In this document: one piece after another, positions 26,104 to 37,200 of the stretch
Layout: each line of letters begins with the position of its first letter
Position numbering within the stretch: position 1 is the first letter of the stretch
IMG/VR virus record: IMGVR_UViG_3300032304_002568
Coordinates: 1 to 62,662 of that record
Reading direction: 5' to 3' (one strand)
Origin: a virus
Lineage: Duplodnaviria > Caudoviricetes
Length of the DNA: 62,662 nucleotides
Notes under the pieces: generated by a model
Database searches by the model: none
Told to the model about the DNA's origin: nothing
The model's input: the letters and a program-made list of their open reading frames with translations, nothing else
Position numbers and translations under genes: made by a program

Positions 26104-29100
26104 ATGGCGATGCAAATACCAGGGATCGATCCCGACAAGCTCAAGGGTGGGTGGAAGATGGTGCGGGATATGATTGCGGACACCGTGGGGCCGATGGGTG
26201 TGCTGGCGATCGCCGCTGGGGCGTTTGTGAAGGCTTCGGCGGGGGCCGCGCTCAATGCGCAGAGGATGGCCGAGGCGCTCAAGGCGAGCGATGGGGCCGA
26301 GCGGCTCAAGCAGCAGTTTGAGCAACTCCTGGGCAGTGCGTCCGCAGCCAAGCGGCAGGTGGAGATGCTGGCGAAGGTGGCCTCGGGCAGCGCATTCACT
26401 TTCGATTCACTGGCAGATGCCAGTAAAAACCTGCAAGTGCTTACGAATGGCGCGCTCAATAGTGAAAAAGCTCTCAAGAAAGTGCAGGATGTGGCGGCGG
26501 CCACGGGGGCTCCCGTGGATACCATGGCGACTGCCGTGGCAGATCTTTACAATGCACTCAAAACTGGAGACGGTGTGGAGGCGGCGAGTGGGCAGCTAAA
26601 AAACATGGGGGCGATCTCGGGTGAGACGGCTCAAAAACTCCAAGCGCTGAATGCCTCGGGCGTGGGGCTTGCCACGACTTGGCAGGTCGTGGAGGCGGAT
26701 TTGAATAGAGCCAATGGCGCGGCGAGTGCTCTTGGTGGCACGATCGCGGGCTTGCAGCAGCAGCTTGCCAATATCCAGCAGGGTAGTGATACGAAGATCG
26801 GCGAGATGTTTGCCGAGGGTGAGAAGGCGGGGTTGCGGGCAGCGATTGGGTTTAAGAAATTCACTGCCGCAGTCGAGGAGGCGAATGCGGGGCCGTGGTC
26901 TGCTTTTATCGGGGCGATCAACTCGGTGAAGGAAGCTGTGGGCGGGATGCTCGGCGCGTTTGCCGAGACGGGGGCGGTGAAGGGCATTTTCCAGGCGTTG
27001 GCCGTGGTGGCGATTGGTGCGCTGGTAGCGATCAATTACACTATTGTCGCGTTGATTGTGGGTATCGGGAAGTTTATCGTTGCTACGGGCGCGCTTCGTG
27101 CGGCGATGGTGGCTACGGGTGCGGCGATGAGGGTGTTTGCGACTCTTGTTTCTGGCACGACTTTGGTTGCGAGCCTTGCCGCTACGGCAATTATTGGAAT
27201 CGGAGTGGCGGCAATCAGTGCCGAAAACAACCTGCGTGGCTTGATCGAGAAGATGAAGGAATTCACCTCGGAGGCCGATAAGTCCGCGTCTGCAAGCGTG
27301 GGGGCTTCTCAGAATATACGAAGCCCGGAAGACCAAAAGAGGCAGGAGGACAGTATCGACCAGCAGTTGCAAATGCTGGAATCAGCTAAAAAAGAGGCTC
27401 AAAAAACAATCGAACAGGGCAGGGAGAAACAGTCGGGCGTATGGAATACGATTTCTTCCTTTGGGTTTAATAAAATCGAAGGGCCAGGCATGGTGGCTGC
27501 AGGTGAGGCGACGCTCGCCAGTGTGGAAAAGCGGAGGAACGAGTTAATGGCATTGAAAGCCAAGGTGAGCGGAGCTGATGTCGGCCCAGACAATGCCCGC
27601 TTCGAAAAGGAGGAGGCGCAAAGAGTCCAGGAGAAGCAGATTGCCAAAAACGCCCGCGAGCGCATTCAGAGCACTGCGACGCCGCAGAAGGCTCTGGAGA
27701 TGGCTGAGCAGCAACAAGCAAAGGCAAACGAAGAATTAAACGCGGCGGTGGCTGCGCGTGAGAATGTCTATAAAGATGAAAAAAGGCTGAACACGACTTC
27801 TACGAATTTTGCAGAAGGCCGAGACAAGATTGAATCGGCAAGGGGTGATTATTTTTCTGCAAAAGAATCGAATGATGCCGCGATTGAAGCTGGGATGAGG
27901 GAAATTCGTCCTGATGACGCCTTCCTTGAGTCGTTGGGGGATCGTAAACAAGCTTATTTGGATAATCAAAGAAAGGGCGTTGTTTCGCGTTTGCAGAAAA
28001 ACAAGTCTTTCCGTGATAATGAAGCGACAATCGAAGCGGGCCTCCCGACGGAGACGCTCTCTGTCGAGGGTTTTGACCAGGCTGGAGCGGAAGCGGTCTC
28101 AAAGAGCGGTAAGTTGCAAGCCGAGAGGGCTAAGCGGGAAGCATTGTTGCAGGAGAGGCAGTCCGCGCAGACGGCTTTAGACCTCGCTAAGAGGCAGGGC
28201 GACGAGGCTGGTGGAAACGATGCGCTGCGTAGGCTGGCCGATGTAGATCTGCAAGCTAGGAATTTGAGGGATCTGGACACGGGCAAGCAGCTCGGGGAAG
28301 CGGCCCTTGATCCGCTGCAGATGCGGGGGTTGGACTCGAAAATTGCTCAAGCCATCGAGGAAGAGGATGATGGGAAAAAAAGAGAGCTAAAGGAGGCCGC
28401 TGATATTCGAGCACAGCAAGCCAAAGAGGCTGTCGCGGCGGATACGGCATCTACCGCAGCAGGGCAGCGCAAGCTCAATGTGCAGAAGCAGATCAACGCC
28501 TTGCAGGGCATGGAGGGCGGGGGCGGGGCGGCGGCTGAGGCGGAGTTGGAGCCTGAGATTGCGCAGTTGCAGAAAAAGCAAGAGGCTATGAAGAAGCTGG
28601 TCGCCGCCGAGGAAGCGGTCGATGCAGCTCAGCAGAGTGGGGATAAGGGTAAGATCGCCGAGGCGCAGGCGAACTACAACGCCCAGCGGGTAGAGGCTAT
28701 GAAGGTGGGGTATGAGGATGGGGATACTTTGGAATCAGTCGAACAAGAAGTGAAAGGCATGAATCAGATATTGCAGATTCGCAAGCAGCAGGCCGCGATC
28801 GAGCAGGCGGCGGCGCAGCGGCGGCGGGATGATCTCATGAATGAGATCAAGCTATCGAACCAGATCAACCAGATTCGCTTGCAGCGCACGGAGGGCGGCA
28901 TGGGCGGTAAGGGAGATAAGGACAGGACGAAGACCGAGCGGGATGCGAAGCTCGATGACTTGAAGCGTAAGCAGGGCGATCTGGAAAAGGCGGGCGGCGT
29001 GATGGCTGAGCGCGATGCGGCTCTGAATGCGATGAAAAACGCTGGAAGCGAAGATGAAAAAAATGCAGCAGCCGACCTCGCGCAGAAGAAAAAGGCGGAG

Positions 29101-29640
29101 CTTGAGGCGCTGGGTGTGAGTGGAGATGCAAGCGCGGGAGATTTGAGCACGAAGCTGGCGCAGAATAAGAATGAGCAGCAGAATGTGAAGGTAGAGCAGG
29201 TGCTCCAGCGCAAGGGCTATGAGGATGATGTGAGGATCGCTATGGCGCGCACGAAGGAGGACTATGGGGTGACACGCGATGAGCGGGAGTCAGGCCGTAA
29301 TGAGCGCCGGTCGGCAGAGGATGAGAAGATGAAGAAATCCTTGAAAGAGGACTATGAAAAGAACCAAGGCTTAAACGCGGGCGAAGCGGAGCAGATGGCT
29401 GAGTTGGAGACCAAGAAGCAACGGCTTCTGGCCGATGATGCCGAGGCGGGCACGCCGCGTATCGATAGCCTCACGGCGGTGGGGGGTGGTTCGACAGGCT
29501 CTGTGGGGCCGGTGAAGGATATCCAGCAGGAGATCAAGAAGATCAATGAAGAGATGAAATCGCTTCTGGAAACCATTGTCAGCGAGACGCAGAACCAAGC
29601 TCGAATGGTCGGGCAATACCAGGATAGCCCGAATTACTAA
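26104..29640 (+). CDS. Tape measure protein
   Basis: About 1180 aa, helical; tape-measure N-terminal motif (FEQLLGSASAAK...FTFDSL), TM segments, DSLTAVGGG near the C-terminus. Confidence 0.88.
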   Translation: MAMQIPGIDPDKLKGGWKMVRDMIADTVGPMGVLAIAAGAFVKASAGAALNAQRMAEALKASDGAERLKQQFEQLLGSASAAKRQVEMLAKVASGSAFTFDSLADASKNLQVLTNGALNSEKALKKVQDVAAATGAPVDTMATAVADLYNALKTGDGVEAASGQLKNMGAISGETAQKLQALNASGVGLATTWQVVEADLNRANGAASALGGTIAGLQQQLANIQQGSDTKIGEMFAEGEKAGLRAAIGFKKFTAAVEEANAGPWSAFIGAINSVKEAVGGMLGAFAETGAVKGIFQALAVVAIGALVAINYTIVALIVGIGKFIVATGALRAAMVATGAAMRVFATLVSGTTLVASLAATAIIGIGVAAISAENNLRGLIEKMKEFTSEADKSASASVGASQNIRSPEDQKRQEDSIDQQLQMLESAKKEAQKTIEQGREKQSGVWNTISSFGFNKIEGPGMVAAGEATLASVEKRRNELMALKAKVSGADVGPDNARFEKEEAQRVQEKQIAKNARERIQSTATPQKALEMAEQQQAKANEELNAAVAARENVYKDEKRLNTTSTNFAEGRDKIESARGDYFSAKESNDAAIEAGMREIRPDDAFLESLGDRKQAYLDNQRKGVVSRLQKNKSFRDNEATIEAGLPTETLSVEGFDQAGAEAVSKSGKLQAERAKREALLQERQSAQTALDLAKRQGDEAGGNDALRRLADVDLQARNLRDLDTGKQLGEAALDPLQMRGLDSKIAQAIEEEDDGKKRELKEAADIRAQQAKEAVAADTASTAAGQRKLNVQKQINALQGMEGGGGAAAEAELEPEIAQLQKKQEAMKKLVAAEEAVDAAQQSGDKGKIAEAQANYNAQRVEAMKVGYEDGDTLESVEQEVKGMNQILQIRKQQAAIEQAAAQRRRDDLMNEIKLSNQINQIRLQRTEGGMGGKGDKDRTKTERDAKLDDLKRKQGDLEKAGGVMAERDAALNAMKNAGSEDEKNAAADLAQKKKAELEALGVSGDASAGDLSTKLAQNKNEQQNVKVEQVLQRKGYEDDVRIAMARTKEDYGVTRDERESGRNERRSAEDEKMKKSLKEDYEKNQGLNAGEAEQMAELETKKQRLLADDAEAGTPRIDSLTAVGGGSTGSVGPVKDIQQEIKKINEEMKSLLETIVSETQNQARMVGQYQDSPNY

Positions 29641-29661
29641 GTTGACTGGGGGTAAACGGGT

Positions 29662-30363
29662 ATGATGCGCTTAGGAACTGAGGCCGGGGCCTACATGATC
29701 AGCGACGATGCGGATATCGCCAATGGGCGCACGATCGTCTGGAGAAAGCAGAAGGTCATGCCGAGTAGTATGAAGCTCGTGGAGGGGGATTTGAAGCCGC
29801 CTAATCCCGGTGTGCCGTGTGGGCTTGTAAGTATCAGCGTGCAGTGCGAGGGCGGTGTGGCCGATATCGTGTGGACATTTCGCTCAGACTGGGGCTACCC
29901 GAGCTACGAGCTACAGGGTTCGACCTCGCAGGAGCCGATCACTAGCCATCGGAAATACCAGCAGCTTTACGAGAAATACGCGGTCACGGAACGCGGAGGT
30001 GAGCCGGTGTGGATGGAGAAAGATCCGGATGGCACGAGTGGCACGACAGGGCTCTCCAGGGATGGGACGGTTGTTTCCAATATAAGCCCGCTGTATGGAG
30101 TGCGCGACTACCTCGCGGCGGCTGCGGTATATCGCTATACGAAGTATTATCAGACCAGGGGAGACATCCCGCAGGACTTGGTGAGCAAGGTGGGGAAAAT
30201 CGATACGCCACTTGAACTCCAAAACCCTGGCCCTAGCGGAAGATGGCTGCGGGTGGGGGCGAATATCCGGCAGACGGGCGATGCGTTCCAGGTCACGATC
30301 TCATGGATGGCGAGTCAGAGCGAGCTTCCGGAGGGGCTGTGGAAAAAAGAAATCTATGGTTAA
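29662..30363 (+). CDS. Putative baseplate/distal tail protein, paralog 1
   Basis: QEPITSH...PLYGVRDYL motif; position after tape measure. Confidence 0.55.
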   Translation: MMRLGTEAGAYMISDDADIANGRTIVWRKQKVMPSSMKLVEGDLKPPNPGVPCGLVSISVQCEGGVADIVWTFRSDWGYPSYELQGSTSQEPITSHRKYQQLYEKYAVTERGGEPVWMEKDPDGTSGTTGLSRDGTVVSNISPLYGVRDYLAAAAVYRYTKYYQTRGDIPQDLVSKVGKIDTPLELQNPGPSGRWLRVGANIRQTGDAFQVTISWMASQSELPEGLWKKEIYG

Positions 30364-31093
30364 GATTCACGAATCGTTAAATGACTCCGTGAAGCTGGAG
30401 AGTATCACCTGGCGCAAGCCTGCGCTGGTGGAGATCACGATTTCGCAGTATGAGGATCCTGCCGCTCCTGCGAGCGAGCCTAGGCTCTCGGATTTTACGG
30501 ATTTTGAAGCAACACTCCATGGATCGCGGGTCGAGGTGGCTGAGGGGGTGCGTCGGCGGTTTTTCACTTTCCGTATGGCGCGTAATATCCCTATGTCGCC
30601 GACCGATCGGCAGGGCTCGACAAACTACCAGGAGCAATGGGGTATGAATACGGTCTTGGGGCAGGAGGAGATACAACGCCACCCGGATTTCCCGAAGATC
30701 AGGAAGCGCTATAATGGCAATGTGGTGAATGAGGTGGTGATCTGGCCCAGATACATCCAAGACCCTGATTCCGAGGAAAAAAAAATCATCAAAAACCCGA
30801 TGTTTGGCGTGCGGAGCTTCCTGTCGCCGGAGGTGGAGGTGTCGGTGGATATCGGGTATAGCCTTTTCCCGATGGATTTCGAGCAAATGAATGAGGTGGG
30901 CTTTGTGGATACGCCTTCGGGATTTGCCTATTTCTCAGTTGCGGAGGATGGGGCGAACTGGATTTTGACAGAAAAAACTTTTACGGAGGCGGGGATCGAT
31001 CGCATGGAGCGTCGGGCATGGCGCAGCAGGCGGCTCGGCTGGCCTACGGAGGTGTATGCTGGCGGTATACAGGGGGCAAATTTCTCGCCATGA
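30356..31093 (+). CDS. Putative baseplate/distal tail protein, paralog 2
   Basis: QEEIQRHP...NPMFGVRSFL. Confidence 0.55.
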   Translation: MVKIHESLNDSVKLESITWRKPALVEITISQYEDPAAPASEPRLSDFTDFEATLHGSRVEVAEGVRRRFFTFRMARNIPMSPTDRQGSTNYQEQWGMNTVLGQEEIQRHPDFPKIRKRYNGNVVNEVVIWPRYIQDPDSEEKKIIKNPMFGVRSFLSPEVEVSVDIGYSLFPMDFEQMNEVGFVDTPSGFAYFSVAEDGANWILTEKTFTEAGIDRMERRAWRSRRLGWPTEVYAGGIQGANFSP

Positions 31094-31926
31094 TTCCTAT
31101 CGTATCTCCCAATGCAGGGTCGATCCCGTATAAGCTCGATAGCATTTCTTGGCGCAAGCCGGGCTTGGTGGAGGTGGAGGTATCGTGCTATGCGTTGTCG
31201 GACGGGTTTACGATGCCTGCGGATCCCGTTGCAGAAGAATATTTTGAATTGGAAGAGAATGTGAAGCCGCGCCTGGAGGCTCGGCGCGTGCGCAATGAGG
31301 GCACGGTGACGCGAGTTTCCTGGGTCTTCCGAGCGGGAAGGGAAATGCCCGACTCGCCGACCGATCGGCAAACGAGCGATACCAAGTCGCAGTGGGGCTT
31401 GAATGTGTCGCTCATGCAGGAGCCGATCACTTGCCATCCCAACCTCATGAGAATCATGGAGGTGGGTGGGGGAATCATCAAGGATGGTGAGGTGGACTTC
31501 CCGAGGATGCTCAATGGGAAAAAAAACCCGTATTACGGCACGCGCGACTTTCTGGTGCCTGGGGTGACGATGAGTTGCGAGACGATCGAGCCGAGTTCGA
31601 ATATGTCGTTTAGCCAGATCGATAAGCTCGGGTATTCGCTAAAAGACGGCATCGAGCAAAAGCCTACAGGAAAGGGCGGGGCGGATATCGCGTTCAAATT
31701 TGTGGATATGTCTAAAGGAGAAGGTCGTAAGCCATGGTTGCTTGTCGAGCACAATGTGCGCCGAGCGGGATTCGAGCAAGCCGAGAGCAAGACCTGGCGC
31801 TATGGCGGTGTCGCGGGCTGGGCCGATCCCATGTATAATGCCGACTACAGCTTTAGTAATACCTCTGGCGGTGGGAACGGTGGTGGCAATGGCGGCGGGA
31901 ATCAAGCGCCGCTGGGGGCTGTATGA
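31090..31926 (+). CDS. Putative baseplate/distal tail protein, paralog 3
   Basis: QEPITCHP...NPYYGTRDFL. Confidence 0.55.
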   Translation: MIPIVSPNAGSIPYKLDSISWRKPGLVEVEVSCYALSDGFTMPADPVAEEYFELEENVKPRLEARRVRNEGTVTRVSWVFRAGREMPDSPTDRQTSDTKSQWGLNVSLMQEPITCHPNLMRIMEVGGGIIKDGEVDFPRMLNGKKNPYYGTRDFLVPGVTMSCETIEPSSNMSFSQIDKLGYSLKDGIEQKPTGKGGADIAFKFVDMSKGEGRKPWLLVEHNVRRAGFEQAESKTWRYGGVAGWADPMYNADYSFSNTSGGGNGGGNGGGNQAPLGAV

Positions 31927-32561
31927 TCCCTCTTCTCGTCATGCCTCGTCCGGCTAAGCCCGTGCATGTGGATGCTGGGGCTGGTGTGGCTGTGCGCAGG
32001 GTTGCGGGGCGGCAGTTGGTCTCGGTGCGGCGGCGGCAGGGGGCGAGACTTGAAGGGTCGTGGTGGGTCACGGTAAATACAAGCGGTCCGTCGCCCAAGA
32101 TTACGGTGGATCGTGGGTATGTGAACAGCATGGAGCCGACGATCGGCGGGGTGCCGATAGGTGGCATTATGCCCGATGGCGAGCCTGCGGCGGGTGGACA
32201 GCCCTCACTGAGCTTCAGTGGGGGTGGTATGGCGTGGGTGTGCTTGAAGATCACGCCGGATGCCGCTGGCAAGCTCAACGCCAAGAGTGGGGAGCCGAAG
32301 CTTACGGAGGATGTGACGCTGGAGATCATGCAGCAACTCAATGGTAAGGCGGTGGGGAAGACTTGGTATTACCCGCTCGCTTCCTTCTCGCAGCACGGCA
32401 AGGTCGCGCAGATGGCGTATTTTGACATGACGCATAAAGCTTACAAGAAAAGCGGCGATAAGGACTGGCGGCATCGATTGAGCTTGGAGGCGCTGACTTG
32501 GAGGAACTTGGACGAAATCATCGCCGAGGACGAGGCGATCCGAAAGGCAATCGCATCATGA
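31923..32561 (+). CDS. Putative tail-tip structural protein
   Basis: TVDRGYVNSMEP and YPLASFSQ.G...QMAYFD shared with the next ORF. Confidence 0.5.
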   Translation: MIPLLVMPRPAKPVHVDAGAGVAVRRVAGRQLVSVRRRQGARLEGSWWVTVNTSGPSPKITVDRGYVNSMEPTIGGVPIGGIMPDGEPAAGGQPSLSFSGGGMAWVCLKITPDAAGKLNAKSGEPKLTEDVTLEIMQQLNGKAVGKTWYYPLASFSQHGKVAQMAYFDMTHKAYKKSGDKDWRHRLSLEALTWRNLDEIIAEDEAIRKAIAS

Positions 32562-33010
32562 AAAAATTCATAGGAGCCTGGGAGGTGCGCGGTGGCGTGA
32601 GTGGCGGCGACAAGCTCATCGTCACCGTAGGGCGTGGCACGGTGAATGGTTTCGAGCCGGTAGTGAAAGGCAAGCCGATCAGTGGCACGGGGTCGGATGG
32701 GCGGTTGATGCAGGGCGGGCAGCCTCAGATCGAAGGCGCGCTGGAATTTGATGAATTTTACCGCTGCTATGTGTGCATCAAGATCAAAATAGATCGAGAA
32801 ACGGGCAAGATGCCCACGCCGCCTGCGGAGGATGATCTCACGATCGTGATCTCCAAGGGCACGCGGCTCGACCACGCCTACGGCAACTCCTACTGGCTGC
32901 ACCCGATCGCAACCTACTCCCAAGCGGGTGTGCTCGGGCAGGTGGCCTACTTCGACTATATGCACTACACCAGCAACAAGGGCAGATACCACTACTTCGC
33001 CGCGCTATGA
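32558..33010 (+). CDS. Putative tail-tip structural protein (paralog)
   Basis: TVGRGTVNGFEP...HPIATYSQ.G...QVAYFD. Confidence 0.5.
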   Translation: MKKFIGAWEVRGGVSGGDKLIVTVGRGTVNGFEPVVKGKPISGTGSDGRLMQGGQPQIEGALEFDEFYRCYVCIKIKIDRETGKMPTPPAEDDLTIVISKGTRLDHAYGNSYWLHPIATYSQAGVLGQVAYFDYMHYTSNKGRYHYFAAL

Positions 33011-34077
33011 TTCTGAGACCTCGTAAAAAAGCGAAAAATACGATCGATTCTGGCTCGGGCGTGGGCACGCGCTCGTATGGGGAGAAAAAAATCTTCCACG
33101 AGCGCGACGGCGTGCAGGTGCGCGAGCGCAAGATGGGGGAGCGCATCCTCTACACGGCGGAGTCGCTCGGGCAGTGGATTCACCCATGGTATACGACGGT
33201 GAGTTGGTTCACAAAGGAGTCGGGAACGCTTAAAAACAACAAGGGCGAGGAGATCGAGGGCTTTGCGGCTCTAGTGAACCCAGGGTTTGTGAATGGCATA
33301 GACCCGGTGTGTCCTGGCTCGCAGAAGATCAACGTGGGCGAGGAGGAGACTTCCAACGATCTCCTGAGCGGCGGGAATGTGCAGGATGTGCTGGCTGAGG
33401 CGGGGTTGCTCGACGGGCCGCTGATCCCGCTTTTTAATACCTTTTCGCTTATTACCAGAAAGGGCGGGATTCCGGCAGGCTTGGCTGATCTGGGGGCGGT
33501 GCATTATTCGGCATTGGAAGAGGGGCCGGAGAACCCGAGATATGTCGCTTCCACTGGCCTCTACCTGCAATGTGCGCGGCCTACAGCAAAAATGGATGTC
33601 TCGACTTCTGACTACCCGTTTGACTCGATCGAATACAATGTCTCCTTCGGCACGGCGGCTCTCGACAGCTACGGCATTCGCGCACGACTGGAAGTGGGCG
33701 CTCCGCCGCCGAATCAGAAGCCGACGATCATGGACAAGCTCACGGGAGGCTACACTGATCCGGGTCTTGATTGCTGGATGGTAGCTACCATTTATCTCCT
33801 CTCGCCCGAGAATCCGGAGGTAGGGGAAAAGGGGCCGAAGATCACTCAGGCGTGGGTGCCTTATGTGAGGCACCACACCTACTGGAACCTCGAATACCGC
33901 TGGAAGCTCGTCGTGCCACAGAGTAGGCCCGCGAAATTGGATCCATCGCTCTTGCCGATCACGGGCAGCTTCATGCTGGCGCGGGGGGTGCTCGCTGCGG
34001 GGGGCTCGGAGTTGAATCGTCTCATGTCGGTGGTCTTTAACGCTAAAAATACGCAGGGGAGGTTCTGGACGGTATGA
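33007..34077 (+). CDS. Putative tail-tip structural protein
   Basis: VNPGFVNGIDP motif; coupled ORF. Confidence 0.5.
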   Translation: MILRPRKKAKNTIDSGSGVGTRSYGEKKIFHERDGVQVRERKMGERILYTAESLGQWIHPWYTTVSWFTKESGTLKNNKGEEIEGFAALVNPGFVNGIDPVCPGSQKINVGEEETSNDLLSGGNVQDVLAEAGLLDGPLIPLFNTFSLITRKGGIPAGLADLGAVHYSALEEGPENPRYVASTGLYLQCARPTAKMDVSTSDYPFDSIEYNVSFGTAALDSYGIRARLEVGAPPPNQKPTIMDKLTGGYTDPGLDCWMVATIYLLSPENPEVGEKGPKITQAWVPYVRHHTYWNLEYRWKLVVPQSRPAKLDPSLLPITGSFMLARGVLAAGGSELNRLMSVVFNAKNTQGRFWTV

Positions 34078-34277
34078 GCCTGAATAAGCAAGCTGTTTCA
34101 CGGGCTGATTATCTAAAATCATTGCGGCCTGCGGCGGCGCTGGATCCTGCATTTCCGTATTTTGACGAATGGGCGGTCAAATCGAATGGGCTGGGGGATG
34201 ATGGGTGGATCGGCAAATCGCCCTCGGGCTTCGATCCCGCGTATTTCGAGGCGGAAATCTCGCTGCCAGACCCATAG
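34074..34277 (+). CDS. Hypothetical protein
   Basis: Coupled ATGA start. Confidence 0.5.
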   Translation: MSLNKQAVSRADYLKSLRPAAALDPAFPYFDEWAVKSNGLGDDGWIGKSPSGFDPAYFEAEISLPDP

Positions 34278-34298
34278 TTGACGCTTGGCGGGGCAGGG

Positions 34299-37200
34299 AT
34301 GGCTGGTAACGAGTATATTTACGCGAATCTGAGCACGCGCGAGGCGACGGGATCGACAGGATCTCCGCTGAATTTTTCTTGGGTGGCGGGGCAGAGCGTG
34401 TCTTACGCGCTGCGGTTTCTCCAGCGCGATAGCGCGGGGGCGCTCGGCGAGACGCAGTTGAGTATCTTGAACCTGCGCGCGGCGATCGGTCGTGAGGGGG
34501 CATGGCCCGAGAGTGGGTGGTATAAAATCAAGGTCGGCACAGCGCCAAGCACTGCCGCAAATACCACGGAGAGAATTGATTTTAATGCCGGTGCGCTGGA
34601 AGTCGAGGAGGCTCTTAATGCGCTCACGGGCAAGCCTGCCGCGTTCCGCTGCGATGAGGGGGCGAATGCGATCCTGATCCGCCGCGTGGATGATGGCGAG
34701 GTGGCGCTTTCTGTAGTGGGCGACGGATTGCGGCCGACTTCTTTTGGCAAAATCCTTGGCGGCAGGAGATTCCCCGAGCGCAAAGCGCGGCTCTCTATAG
34801 GGGGGCTTACCTTCATTAGCAAGCTGGAAGGCGAAGCGGGAAATGCGATCTCGGTGCGATATGTCGCGGGAACTTCGCTTTCGGTATCTGTGGCAGGCAC
34901 GAAGATCACGGTGAATATTCTCAATAGCACCAGCGAGGAGGCGATCCAGACGGCGATCCAGGCCAGCGCGTCGGCGAACGATCTTGTGGCTGTGGGGTTG
35001 CGTAATGGCGCGACAGCGGTGGTGCAGGCAGAGGTCTTTCTTTCTGGCGGTATGGACTCAAGGGGCGGCTATGAATACTCGCTGCAACTGGCTCAGGCTC
35101 CAGTGGTTTTCACGGATTGGACTCTGCGCAATCTGCCTCCAGCGCCTGTCATTACGCGCGTGCAGACGGGGGGGCGGTCGGGTGGATTCCCGGCTACGAC
35201 TTGGAATACGATCCAAGCTCTCGCCGTGCCGCCGGATTTCCGTGGGGCGTATCAATTTAAGCGCGGGCTGAAGCGCTCGGCGCTGGCGAGTAAGGAAGAT
35301 GGCACGGTGGCGATCGGGCGCATTCTTAACACTCTGCTCGCTGAGGAGGGTGGCACTGTGACCGTGACAAATCCGAATAACAATGTGGCGCATATCGAGT
35401 TCGGCGGCACCTTTGCGGGCTACGATATAGCGGACTTGGAGATTTCGGTCTACTCGACGCCGCCGCCAGATTATGTTTTCGACCTCGACCTGGGGAGCGC
35501 GGACTTGGCGGAAATGCTACAGGACAAGGAAAGTGTCACTCTGCCTTTCGAGGTGGATGCCACGGTGTGGCAGAACCCCGCAGACCCGAGTGAGGGCACG
35601 AAAACGATTAAGCTCTGGAAAACCACGGCGACGATCAAGCGCAATGTGCTGTGGGATGCGCTGGCGGTGCGCCCGCCGATCGATTGGCTGCGCCGCCCGA
35701 TGCCTGTGGACTATGTGCCGTTCTCGGACACGCAATTTCTTGTCGGGCAGCAGGCGGCCTACACGGCGGTGATTGGCAACGGGAGCGCAAAAAATTTCAC
35801 GATTACTCACGGCTTGGGTGGCGGGGTGGAGCAGGTTGGGCAGAGCTACATCTACAAGGATGAGGGGGTCGTCTCCGTGGATGTGCGTGAGAACAAGCCC
35901 TCGGGTCGCCAGCTTCGGGATGATGAATATGTGCTGAGATTTGAGTCGGCGGGAAGTGTCTCGCTGGAGTTCGACGAAGCGCCGGATGAGGATGGCTTGG
36001 TGGTCATAGTGCTCGGCTACGGGCAGGAAAGCGCCTTCACGATCCACACGCACCCGATCGACCAGATCAAATCTGTCGGGCAAGACGGGGCTGTTGGTGA
36101 GTCGCTGCGGGTCATTTTGGAGGATTTTCAGGCTCGTATCGCTCGATTGGAGTTGTTGCTCCCGAGGGGTAGTGTATCCTCGCTCGGCAGCGGCCTGGAG
36201 AAGAAAAAGGTGCAGATCCCGCCGATCGGCGAGATTCTGCCAGACATCGCGATGGAAGGCGGCGACGGCGAGCCGCTCTCGCTGGCGAGCCAGATCATCG
36301 CGCCTGCTGGCAAGGGGCAAGATCCCAAGGTCGTGGCGGGCACGGAACTCGAAGACCAGAAGAAACTTTTCGACGCCGAGTTGCTACGGGTCAAAGCCGA
36401 GGCGGCGGCGGAACTCAAGGCCGCACAGGAGGCTGCTGCCAAGGCAGCGGTGGAAGTGAAGGTCAAGGCCGATCAAGAGGCCGCTCAGAAGAAAACCAGC
36501 ATGATCTCTCGCGTTTCGATCGCCGAATTTGCCACTCGCCTCACGGCGGCTGGCACAGCATCCCCCGCAGCCTTGCCAAATCTCTATCCCGCTATGCGAA
36601 ATGGCAAATACGCCTGGCTGCTCCCCGCGATCCACGATGCCGCTGCGGAGGATGTATCGGCCCTGCCAACGCTCTCGGCTGCGGCGGGGAATGTGTATCG
36701 CAATGCAGGCTCGGTGGCCCTCTCGCTGCCTGCCGGGGGCGGGCGCAAGGCGCAGAGCGTGCCTGTGGGTGGATTTTTCGGCGGCGACGGGCGTGCGCTC
36801 TACGCGCTGCGGCGCGCAGGCACCACGACGAGCTACCACCCGATCGAGATGGAGCGCGAGTTGGTGCGCTTGGTGGTGCGGTCGGCGCAGTTCCCTCTGG
36901 CTTCCGACTTGAGCCTCGCGTGGCAACTGGATCTTTCCTTCCTCACTGAGACGGTGGTTGCGGGCGCAGGGTATGTCATGTCTGTGGAGGCGGCTCCGCT
37001 CTCTTCGGCCAGCACTCCCGCTACGACAGGTGCCAATGTGGGGGCGGTGGGGCAAGCGGTGCTTCTCGCTGCGCCGCGTATCGGATTTTCCCGAGGTGTC
37101 TCGGAGACGCGGCAATTCGCACTCAAGCTCACTCGCAAGCTCAACGAAAGCGGACAGGCTATCGGCGCAAGCCAATTCACCGATTATGTCGAATCCATCG

